64,000 nucleotides of DNA from an uncultured virus (IMG/VR IMGVR_UViG_3300034091_000431) (lineage: Duplodnaviria; Heunggongvirae; Uroviricota; Caudoviricetes), in the IMG/VR virus record IMGVR_UViG_3300034091_000431. One strand, written 5' to 3'. This document shows positions 15,776 through 24,015 of this stretch, in pieces. The notes under the pieces were generated by a model, which saw only the letters and a program-made list of their open reading frames with translations, searched no databases and was not told the DNA's origin. The position numbers and the translations under genes were made by a program. Position 1 is the first letter of the stretch. The number at the start of each line of letters is the position of its first letter.

Positions 15776-18684
15776 GCTGCCCACGGTATCAACCTTCCTT
15801 CCTTGAACACCGGCTTCGCCTTCTTGCTCCAAATACGGGACAGCAGAGGCTCAATCCGTGCCGGTACATCCGGCAGAAACTCGTTCGCACCAAGGATCAT
15901 GAGCCTCCCGAGCTCCATGGCCTTGTCGTGCGCAAGATCGTTGTCATCAACTTCCAAGCTGGTCTCGTCATGAACCTGATTGACCGGACGAGATCCGTAA
16001 AGAACGTTCGTAGTCTCCGCGTAACACGCTCGGGCCACGAGATAGTGAGCTCTCTTCGCAGCATCAGCTCCCAAACCCTGGAAATAAGAGTTAGCCAACG
16101 CCGTATAACGACATCCACTGCGTATGCGTTGCGAAAAAAGCTGCGTAATCTGACCCTCGCCGGTGTCTTCGTCAAGGAGGTCACTCACGTGCTGGAAAAA
16201 CTTCTTCATCTCCGGCCAACGTTCCAGCCACTGAGCCTTTAGCTCCCGGGCACGATCCTCAGTCAGGATCACTCCATAAGACTTGCGAGCATATAGAACC
16301 AACTTCTCGGCTCCAAGACCGCCGCCCATCCCAAAATTGCACTGTCGCGTAATCACCGTTTTACCATTGGCTCTCACCAACACAAAACCAGATGTAGTAG
16401 TGAGGCAGTGAACAAGCCCTCCATAAGGCTCAGCCTTCACCTCAATATTACCTCCTCTCGTGTAGAGTCTTTGCTTGACAGTGACTACGTAGGCATTTGA
16501 GAGGTTCTCTCCAAAACGTTCGTAAAGATACACGGACGTCTTGTACCCAACCGTTGCACAAAGCGCTGTCAACACGTCTGCATTTCTCTTTATCGTTGAA
16601 CAGTAGCTCCAGCAATAGAGCCCTCTCGTCCACTTCGCTTCCTTGTTCACGTTGACGTGACCGTCCCAAAACCGTGTCTCTCTCACAAGTGTCAACCGGG
16701 ACTCAAAACTCCACGAAAGCATGCTCTCCGTCAGAGTCTTGTCAGGCATGTACCTCTTGATGTGATCGGCGAGCTCCCCTTCCACAACAAAGGTCACAAC
16801 ACCCCGAGAAGACACGCTTTCGGTATAGAACCCTTCAAACAGCCAACGAAACCGTTGAATCTTTCGCGCTTTTGTGAACCCGAAACGAATCTTTCCGGCA
16901 TCGGTGTACGAACCGTCTGCTTGCGTCGCTACCAACATACGAACGAATCGACGCGGTAACTCTTCACCTTCCACCAACTTGCCGGCGTTGGGGATGTACC
17001 GATAACGATTGGTCTCCGTAGCCTTCAGGGACTTCTCGTTCAAAGTCTTTCGGCCGCCCTGATGCACCACCTGCGCCCAACCCGCCATGTTGTGATCGGG
17101 CGTGACTCTCACGTCCATGGACTTGTTACTCACTCGAACCAGCTCCAATGCCGTACGACTGGTAACCCTCAATGGCTTCTCCCACTGCAAGGATACGTTC
17201 AAGACATGGGAGGCAAGCTGGGGCACGGCTATCTCCGTGTCCGTTGTCACTTGAGCTATTGGCACCCACCCTGTTCGAGTAAGAACCTCGGTCTCGGGAT
17301 GAAAACACACCTTCCCTGTCTGTCTTGCGTTGTCGAACTCTTCGTCGCCGGGGTCCTTTTTGCGCCTGGCTCCTTCTTCGTACGAGATCCCAAGGATATC
17401 CGCGGCGATTGCCGTGTGCGGATCAAGGCCCGCGTTCAAGACCTCGGCAAGGTGCGACTCCCCGAACAAAGTCACGCAACACTGCGCAAGAGTGTGCAGC
17501 TCAAGACCCGAAAAGTCCGCTTGCGCGAACACTTTCCCTGGACGAGGTATGAAGCATTCCCGAATGCCCACGCTCCTCCTCAAATTTTGCGTATTGGGCT
17601 TGCTCGATGTCACCCGACCCGACGCTGCCAGACCAAAGGACGTGTGGACCGGTTGTTCGGTCCCGGCCCTAAGCATCGGAATGTCTTTAGCAAGCACGGC
17701 TTTCAAGACTGAGAGCTCGGCATAATCCTCGAGCAAACTGTATTCCGACGCCTCGCACGCATCCGAATCGAGACACACCTGACCCTTAGCCGTCAACCGC
17801 ACCGGCTTCTTGAGCTTCTCACAAACCTGCACCATGAGTGCCCGAGCGGCCTTGATGTTGCGCTTGCCGTTGGCGCGCACGAGACCTGCTGCCTTCAAGT
17901 CTTCTTCAATCTCCGCAAGCGCCGCAAGCGTTTCACGTTCGAGCTTGTCGACGCCCGGTGCATGCGTTCGAAGACCCCACACGCTCGTCAGATGCAGCGC
18001 CAAGGCCGCCCGCGCCTGCCGGTACTGATCTGGGATGTACTGGACGTGCTCTTCCTGCTTGAGGAACACGTCGAGGGTCGCCCTGGCGTCCTCGAGAGGG
18101 TATGTACGAGCACCCTCAGGCCATTCGAAAAGAGGTACGTGCAGGAACTCGCCGTACCGCAGGCGCCAAGTGTCCTTGTCCAGGGGCTTACCGCCGATGC
18201 GGCGCACCAGATCCACGAGGTCGTACTTGTACGGCATCCAGCGTCCACTCTGCTTGATGCTCGTCGTCAGGTGCCCGAGAATCTTGCACGTCTCGGGAGT
18301 CTCGCAATCCTCATGAACGCTGCACTCGACGATCTCCTTTTCAAACCGTTGCAAGTATCCACGGAACTCACCCGCGGCGATGTCGAGCAGCTGCTGACGA
18401 ATCTTTGTGTCCGTCACCCGATCCTCGTCATACGCCCTGAAAACGAGTGGAATGAGCTCGGGCCACTTGGCGCAGAGAACGGCGAAGTCGTAGGGGACGT
18501 GATGCCCTACAAGAACCTCGGGACCCTCGAGCCAGCTCCGAACGAGCGGAAGTGCGCGAGGGTCGTTCACGTGCATGATGCCGGGCTCCTCACCGGAAAC
18601 CTGCCAGGTAAGGCACACGAGCTCGGGAGCCATTACCCCTGGGCGAAAAAGCGCCGTCTCGGTGTCGAAGACCCGAAAGGTCAC
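15772..18684 (-). CDS. polA: family A DNA polymerase with 3'-5' exonuclease and an intein
   Basis: FDTET (ExoI), YDF (ExoII), YPLED (ExoIII), SGRVTSSKPNTQN, ADFSGLE (motif A), RQTGKV/CNFG (motif B), VHDE (motif C). Confidence 0.93.
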   Translation of the reverse strand: MTFRVFDTETALFRPGVMAPELVCLTWQVSGEEPGIMHVNDPRALPLVRSWLEGPEVLVGHHVPYDFAVLCAKWPELIPLVFRAYDEDRVTDTKIRQQLLDIAAGEFRGYLQRFEKEIVECSVHEDCETPETCKILGHLTTSIKQSGRWMPYKYDLVDLVRRIGGKPLDKDTWRLRYGEFLHVPLFEWPEGARTYPLEDARATLDVFLKQEEHVQYIPDQYRQARAALALHLTSVWGLRTHAPGVDKLERETLAALAEIEEDLKAAGLVRANGKRNIKAARALMVQVCEKLKKPVRLTAKGQVCLDSDACEASEYSLLEDYAELSVLKAVLAKDIPMLRAGTEQPVHTSFGLAASGRVTSSKPNTQNLRRSVGIRECFIPRPGKVFAQADFSGLELHTLAQCCVTLFGESHLAEVLNAGLDPHTAIAADILGISYEEGARRKKDPGDEEFDNARQTGKVCFHPETEVLTRTGWVPIAQVTTDTEIAVPQLASHVLNVSLQWEKPLRVTSRTALELVRVSNKSMDVRVTPDHNMAGWAQVVHQGGRKTLNEKSLKATETNRYRYIPNAGKLVEGEELPRRFVRMLVATQADGSYTDAGKIRFGFTKARKIQRFRWLFEGFYTESVSSRGVVTFVVEGELADHIKRYMPDKTLTESMLSWSFESRLTLVRETRFWDGHVNVNKEAKWTRGLYCWSYCSTIKRNADVLTALCATVGYKTSVYLYERFGENLSNAYVVTVKQRLYTRGGNIEVKAEPYGGLVHCLTTTSGFVLVRANGKTVITRQCNFGMGGGLGAEKLVLYARKSYGVILTEDRARELKAQWLERWPEMKKFFQHVSDLLDEDTGEGQITQLFSQRIRSGCRYTALANSYFQGLGADAAKRAHYLVARACYAETTNVLYGSRPVNQVHDETSLEVDDNDLAHDKAMELGRLMILGANEFLPDVPARIEPLLSRIWSKKAKPVFKEGRLIPWAA
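16342..17307 (-). mobile_element. intein (322 aa) with LAGLIDADG-like endonuclease region, Gln-terminated
   Basis: Begins CFHPETEVLTRTGW, block B VTPDH, QADGS and FWDGH motifs, ends VITRQ/C; interrupts motif B; visibly lower GC. Confidence 0.9.
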
Positions 18685-19229
18685 GACTCAACCTCCAGTA
18701 TCGACCACCGCCCGCCGCGATTCGCTCCCCAGACCATCCAGCAATACTCCGTCGCGTCGGTGCCGCCGCCCGTGAACGAGGGTCTGCGGGGCAAGACGTA
18801 CACGTCCGACGGGTACATCCTATGAAATGCCGCCCGGCGCTGGGAGCCCAGGAAATTCAGCCTGAGCAAGAAAGCGACATCCGCGTCCGCAGGCGCCTCG
18901 GCAAGAGCTCGCTGGATGAACTCCATCGCGAGCGAGTACGGCGGGTTCGTAATGATCGTCCGATGACTCGGCCATGCCGCACCCCCGAGCGCGTCGCCCC
19001 GCCGAATAACCCCAGGAGCCTTGGCCGCGCGCTCGCCGTCGAGTTCGATACCGCATGGCCAGTAGTCCAGGCACACGCGCAGAATGGCCCCTTCGCCACA
19101 GCACGGATCGAGCACGGGCGGTTGCATCCGAAGGTGCGGCAGCACGGCACGCGTAGCCCAGGCGGGCGTCGCGTAGAAATCGTCCGGACGACGCTCGTTA
19201 CCGACAAGATTGCGACCGGTGGCGCTCAT
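18681..19229 (-). CDS. amino (N6A/N4C) DNA methyltransferase
   Basis: DFYATP, LDPCCGEG, ITNPPYS, FLLRLNFL. Confidence 0.85.
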   Translation of the reverse strand: MSATGRNLVGNERRPDDFYATPAWATRAVLPHLRMQPPVLDPCCGEGAILRVCLDYWPCGIELDGERAAKAPGVIRRGDALGGAAWPSHRTIITNPPYSLAMEFIQRALAEAPADADVAFLLRLNFLGSQRRAAFHRMYPSDVYVLPRRPSFTGGGTDATEYCWMVWGANRGGRWSILEVES

Positions 19230-19597
19230 TTTCCGCCTACGCAAAAATGCCCGTCTACCCCGACGGGCTCCTTCGCAGGATCCCACCCATCGCGCTCCAT
19301 CTTGCGCTCCAACGCCCGCTGCTCGTGAAACAGCAAGGCCAACCGGAGCTGCCGCTGCGCTTCGGACATGGCCTTGATGATCCGTTCGTTACCCTGCCAG
19401 GACAGACACCCGTCGCAGTGGTTCGTGCGATCAATGAGGACCTCGAGCGCGTCGATCTGCGCCCGCAGGACCTCCTGCGTCTGCGTCCCGGCGTGCTCGG
19501 TTCCGGTCTCCCGGTTGACGAACCGGAGCACCTCCGGCTTTCCGTCCCCGTCAAATGTCGCCAGCTCGTATACGTGGCCCGGCTCAATGACCTTCAT
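19226..19597 (-). CDS. possible Tad1/Acb2-like helical-hairpin protein
   Basis: GHVYEL...LRFV...GTQTQEVL...LIDR...N...ALLFHEQRALER resembles the Tad1-type pattern. Confidence 0.45.
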   Translation of the reverse strand: MKVIEPGHVYELATFDGDGKPEVLRFVNRETGTEHAGTQTQEVLRAQIDALEVLIDRTNHCDGCLSWQGNERIIKAMSEAQRQLRLALLFHEQRALERKMERDGWDPAKEPVGVDGHFCVGGK

Positions 19598-19661
19598 GAC
19601 AAGCACCTCCAAAGGCCCGGGGCGCATCGCGTCACGCCCCGGACCACTCGCCGAAAAAAGG

Positions 19662-20198
19662 TTACTGAGCCGCTGGCGCCGCCGCAGACTCGATGATCTG
19701 CCCCCACTTGTGGACGGTGAAATCGCCTTCCTTCTTGGTCTTCTTCATGTACGTCTCGACGGGAATCAGCATCCCGTTGATGACACCGTCGTTCACGACC
19801 GAGTCCATGAAGCCCTCGACAGCCTCCACGAACTCCGCGTCGTCGGGTTTCTGACCGAGGATGCTTGCGGCGAAATCCTTGAGGGCGCCGAAGCCAATCT
19901 CAGGATCCTGCGTGCTCTGAAACCACGACGCTGACGAACCGGGCTGGTTCGGCAAGAGCTTCTCGAGATCGGCGAGGCTGTATGGGGTCGTCCCGAACGC
20001 CGCGATGGCGGCCTTTTTCTTCTCCTCGTAGTTGGACTTCTCGACCGTGAACTCCAGGATGAACGCGTCGCCCTTGGCGCGAGTCTTCTTGTAGATCGCG
20101 CGCTTCACACGCACCTCGTAGAGGCCCTCCTTCAGGAAGGTGCCGCGTTCGAAGACCTTAGCCTCACGCAGGCCGCGAAACAGGTTACCGGTGGTCAT
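19662..20198 (-). CDS. putative ssDNA-binding/replication protein
   Basis: Located between helicase and polymerase; beta-rich GLYEVRV...FILEFTV; function inferred from context. Confidence 0.45.
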   Translation of the reverse strand: MTTGNLFRGLREAKVFERGTFLKEGLYEVRVKRAIYKKTRAKGDAFILEFTVEKSNYEEKKKAAIAAFGTTPYSLADLEKLLPNQPGSSASWFQSTQDPEIGFGALKDFAASILGQKPDDAEFVEAVEGFMDSVVNDGVINGMLIPVETYMKKTKKEGDFTVHKWGQIIESAAAPAAQ

Positions 20199-20219
20199 AT
20201 TGTGTCTCTTCTTTCTTGG

Positions 20220-22034
20220 TTATGCCCAAAGTGGGCCTTTTCGATTGTCGATGTCTGGCATAAGGATGTCACTAAGCAAAAGCTTCTGGTCGTGGCCAAG
20301 AGTATCCGCGGCAGCCCTGGCACCGTCGACTGCTCGGTAAAAGGCGTCATGGTGCTCGCGGCAGCCGAGCAGTATGTCGACCGTGACCGTGTCCGCCTCC
20401 TGGCCATCACGATGCGTCCGGCCGAAGAGCTGCTCCACGGTATGCGGACTCGGAGGGAAAGACGTGACTAGGTTTGCCGAGAACATCTGCAAGTTTCGCC
20501 CGATTCCGTTTGCAGGAACACTTGCAATGATCGCCTTACCGGCTTTCACACCGGTGATGCTCTCACCGCCGTCACTCAAACCGTTCGCACCATAGTACGT
20601 CACTCCAGTCAACTGAGCGAGACGACGGGCAAAGAAGACGTGCTCCGTCCACACAATGCCCTTCTCGCGCTCCATCCACTCCCCGCACACTCCGAGAGCG
20701 GTGTCGTCGTGCCAGACGTCTCTTGGCTGAATCTTGAACGTGTCACGGACTTCCCGCCACGCGTCGAGTGTTCGCGTATCGAGACGCCCCGCATCGACGG
20801 CGTTCGCAACTTGCAGCTCCGTATCGAGCGTGCGTGACCTCCCAAGCGTTTCACGTACGAAAACGGCCCAGTTTCGCCGTGCATTGATCCACTCAACCGG
20901 CGGCCGGGGATCCCAGATCGAGTGAAAGCCGAGTGCGAGCTGTCGAAGGTACATCCGAAACTCAATCGCTTGTGAGAAGGTCCAACCGTCGGGCGTCGAC
21001 CACGGAAGGACCGTGTACTCCCCTTGCGCGTCCTTCACACCGTGCCGCATGTTGCCAATGTGCTGCTCCGTGATTGGCGCAGGCTGATACTCGAGCGCGG
21101 ACACACGAAGACTACACGTTACGCCATCGGTTCGTGAAGAAGCGACGACGCCCTTGGTTTCGAGCAGACGTGACTGAAAAACGCGTCGTGCCCGAGTAAG
21201 GCTGTCGAGTTTCATCGCAGCGCGATCGACTAAATTTCCTAGCACTCCCTCTCGTAGTATCAGCGGCGGCTCCTCGTGCGAAACCGATGGCGGAATCGTA
21301 TCCAGCTCAAAAAGACCCTCCGGCTGCCTTCGCGACAGAGGATTCACCTTCTCGTCGAGGGCCTCGGCCCACGCTGTCGTCTCGTCATCCGTTACAGGAA
21401 TCGGCGCGCCACTCTTCAGCGCCCATCGAAGCAGGTGCGCAAAGTCCTTCACCGACCCCTTCATGACCGTGCCGCTCACGCCGACGAACTTCGTCTCAGG
21501 ATGCTCGCGCATGTAGCGCGTCACGCGACGCGTACGGCCGGCGCGATGGTTCTTGAGGTAATGACACTCGTCCGCGACGATCAGGTCCGGCCGGATATAC
21601 TCGAGCTTCTGGGCGCTTTGCACTAGTCCGAGGAGCTCGTACGAAATCAGTTGCAGATTGGTCGCGATCCGCCAGTGCACTCGAAGTGCCTTGAAGTCGA
21701 TGGCGGTCTTATCGAGGAGCGCCGCCGGCAATAGAAGAACAGGCCGCTTTGCCTCGAGCACGGCGGGTATCATCGCCGTCACAAGCGTTTTTCCCGATCC
21801 GACTCTCATCGGACCAAAGAGCCCTCCGCTTTCCATCGCCTCGAAAAGAGCGATGGCCTGCACGGGCCTCAGTCGCATGGTGCCCCCGGGAGTCTTGAGC
21901 TCCCGGGTCATCATCTCCGCCAACCGTTCCGACGCTTCCTCGGTCCAAACACGGCGCGGCAAGGCCGCGATGCGTTTGATCTCTGGAGTACGAAGAACGA
22001 CCTGGCTGCCGAAAGGCGACCGGCTCGCGTTCAC
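20220..22034 (-). CDS. SNF2-like SF2 helicase
   Basis: LRPVQ, VGSGKT, ADECH, VSGT, GRNLQ, EQLFGRTHRDGQ. Confidence 0.85.
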   Translation of the reverse strand: MNASRSPFGSQVVLRTPEIKRIAALPRRVWTEEASERLAEMMTRELKTPGGTMRLRPVQAIALFEAMESGGLFGPMRVGSGKTLVTAMIPAVLEAKRPVLLLPAALLDKTAIDFKALRVHWRIATNLQLISYELLGLVQSAQKLEYIRPDLIVADECHYLKNHRAGRTRRVTRYMREHPETKFVGVSGTVMKGSVKDFAHLLRWALKSGAPIPVTDDETTAWAEALDEKVNPLSRRQPEGLFELDTIPPSVSHEEPPLILREGVLGNLVDRAAMKLDSLTRARRVFQSRLLETKGVVASSRTDGVTCSLRVSALEYQPAPITEQHIGNMRHGVKDAQGEYTVLPWSTPDGWTFSQAIEFRMYLRQLALGFHSIWDPRPPVEWINARRNWAVFVRETLGRSRTLDTELQVANAVDAGRLDTRTLDAWREVRDTFKIQPRDVWHDDTALGVCGEWMEREKGIVWTEHVFFARRLAQLTGVTYYGANGLSDGGESITGVKAGKAIIASVPANGIGRNLQMFSANLVTSFPPSPHTVEQLFGRTHRDGQEADTVTVDILLGCREHHDAFYRAVDGARAAADTLGHDQKLLLSDILMPDIDNRKGPLWA

Positions 22035-22183
22035 GCCCCTGTCCTCTGAACCGGCACACGCTCTTCCAAAAAGCGTGCGATGCGCCGGACTATTTCAGGT
22101 CTACCTCCATCGTTGAGATACAGGTAGTCGTCCTCGATCCACTCCTCCAGTTTTCGAAGGAGTTCCTCCGCTGTCTGCTCCAC
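22031..22183 (-). CDS. small hypothetical protein
   Basis: Manual translation VEQTAEELLRKLEEWIEDD...QRTGA fills the gap exactly, with a GTGA overlap. Confidence 0.5.
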   Translation of the reverse strand: MEQTAEELLRKLEEWIEDDYLYLNDGGRPEIVRRIARFLEERVPVQRTGA

Positions 22184-23701
22184 TTACCGCACCACCAACC
22201 CGGCGCGGGCCATGAACTCAACCGTGATGATCTGCCCCTCGGGCGTCGTCGTATCGAGGCGCAGCGCCGGCAGTATCCCCTCGAGTGCATCGAGCTCCGC
22301 CGCTGCGGCGACGGCGAGCATCCCGGGACCGTGGCCGAACTCGGCGAACCGGTAGTCCGCTAGACCCTCGGCAGCAACGCGCTTCTTGGCGAGGGCGATA
22401 AAATCCGTGGCGTCGGCGACGGCCACGCCTACCGGACCGCAGTCGAGGTAGAGCACCTCGATCTTCGTCGCGAACCCCGTCGCCGGCACGACGGCCTTCT
22501 TCGGCCGCCCACGGCCCCGAGGCGCGTCCGTCGCTGCTGCGGGCGGGGTCTGACCGTCGGAAGCAGCAGGAGGCGCCTGCGGGGGCGCCTGCATCAACGG
22601 CACAACAGCCGGAACGCCTAGCGAAGAGGCAACCGCGGCGGGTGCCGTGGGAGGAGGCTGGTACTCGGGCGGGTTGATCGGATTTGTGTTCGCTGCCGGC
22701 GCAGCCGACGCTACCGGTGCAGCCGACGCCACGGGCGCGGGTGACGCCACCGGTGCAGCAGACGCCGCCGGTGCAGCAGACGCCGCCGGTGCAGCAGACG
22801 CCGCCGGTGCAGCAGACGCCGCCGGTGCACCGTTCGCCTGGAGTCGCGCGAGCAACTTGTTCCCCGTCGGTACAGCGGCGGGCAAGACGGTGCCGCCGCC
22901 ACCGGCGGCAACATCGGTAGCAGCAACCGGCATCGCGGAGGATTCCGCGGGCGGAGGCGGCGCGGCGCCGTTTTTCTTGGCTTGAAGCGTGAGCAATAGC
23001 TTGTTCTGTTCCATGTATGCCCTCATCTTGTCGAATGGTGAAAGGTTGCAGCGCCCCTGGTGGGGACACCCTCCAAAGGCGCTGCAATGGTTGGTACTGG
23101 GCGGCAACTCGAGAGCCTTCTTGGTGGAAGCCTCCTCCATCACCGCGGCAATTTGCTCGATCTCGAGAAACCTGTCCCAGGCCTCGGTCTGGTGTCGTAC
23201 AGCCTCGGTTACTGCGCTTTTTCTGGCCCCTTTGGTTTGGTAGTAGACCCAGCGGAGCCTGACTTCGAGCTCGTCAGGATGGTTGCGAAAATAATCGACG
23301 GCGTACAGGGTCGCTTGGATGTCCTTCAGCAGCTCTTCAGACGTCTTCTGCCACTTGAGATTGCTTGTGCTTTTGTGGTCGTACACGACACCGGGAATTT
23401 CTAGGTCCTTGTACCCGAGGTACGAGTGCCCTGAAGGGCCCTCGAAGTGAAACTCCGCCTCGGTCCGAAGGCCTGGGGTGCCCGGCTTGGGCAAATGCTC
23501 GAGACCAGACGCTGCGATGTAACCTACCTCGGTCGTGAAATCGATTTCGCCGCCACTCAGGTACTTCTCGAGCTCAGAGTGCACCGCACGCCCTAGATCT
23601 GCCGCAGGACTCGGCGGATCCTCAACACCCTCAACGTACCGCCATGCCCACTTACGCTGACAGTCGCTGAAGGTCTGAACTTGAGAGGCAGATAGACGCA
23701 T
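22184..23701 (-). CDS. PD-(D/E)XK (Cas4/RecB-like) exonuclease with Pro/Ala-rich linker
   Basis: LSASQ...CQRKW, LG-x-VH, GYKD, VYDHKS, QATLY, C-x5-C-x5-C. Confidence 0.85.
   Translation of the reverse strand: MRLSASQVQTFSDCQRKWAWRYVEGVEDPPSPAADLGRAVHSELEKYLSGGEIDFTTEVGYIAASGLEHLPKPGTPGLRTEAEFHFEGPSGHSYLGYKDLEIPGVVYDHKSTSNLKWQKTSEELLKDIQATLYAVDYFRNHPDELEVRLRWVYYQTKGARKSAVTEAVRHQTEAWDRFLEIEQIAAVMEEASTKKALELPPSTNHCSAFGGCPHQGRCNLSPFDKMRAYMEQNKLLLTLQAKKNGAAPPPPAESSAMPVAATDVAAGGGGTVLPAAVPTGNKLLARLQANGAPAASAAPAASAAPAASAAPAASAAPVASPAPVASAAPVASAAPAANTNPINPPEYQPPPTAPAAVASSLGVPAVVPLMQAPPQAPPAASDGQTPPAAATDAPRGRGRPKKAVVPATGFATKIEVLYLDCGPVGVAVADATDFIALAKKRVAAEGLADYRFAEFGHGPGMLAVAAAAELDALEGILPALRLDTTTPEGQIITVEFMARAGLVVR
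22695..22829. repeat. 18-bp coding tandem repeat (APAASA): 4 perfect copies at 22750-22821 plus degenerate copies
   Basis: ccggtgcagcagacgccg x4. Confidence 0.9.
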
Positions 23702-23728
23702 CAGGTCTCGTGTTCTCGTTTTTTGGGC

Positions 23729-23896
23729 TTATGCTGCAATCGTCTTTTTCTCGCGCTTCTTCTCATGCCGCTCGACTTCTCTTTCGGCAGCCGAGCGAAT
23801 GAACGACGACACCGTCGTACCTTGCGCCTTGGCCGCAGCCTTGATGCGCCGCAAGAGCTTGGGATCTGGCAAGTGTATTGAGTAGTTGACGTACAT
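23729..23896 (-). CDS. ribbon-helix-helix DNA-binding protein (below ORF-track cutoff)
   Basis: Manual translation MYVNYSIHLPDPKLLRRIKAAAKAQGTTVSSFIRSAAERE... Confidence 0.7.
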   Translation of the reverse strand: MYVNYSIHLPDPKLLRRIKAAAKAQGTTVSSFIRSAAEREVERHEKKREKKTIAA

Positions 23897-24015
23897 GGTG
23901 ACGGACGGTTGACTTGTTCTTGATCTTTCTGTTGCGTAGAGAGCTCATCCCATATATGTGAGATCTCCCCTGGGCACAAGCCCGAAAAAGTCGCCCCGGA
24001 GGGAGACATGCAATC

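Noticed and set aside
22031..22183. Suspected frameshift between the nuclease and helicase genes
   Set aside because: Recounting the T5 run gives an intact 50-aa ORF whose stop overlaps the helicase GTG.
22695..22829. 18-bp tandem repeat as a CRISPR array next to a Cas4-like nuclease
   Set aside because: No spacers; the unit is a multiple of 3 and encodes an APAASA linker inside the CDS; no cas1, cas2 or other cas genes are present.
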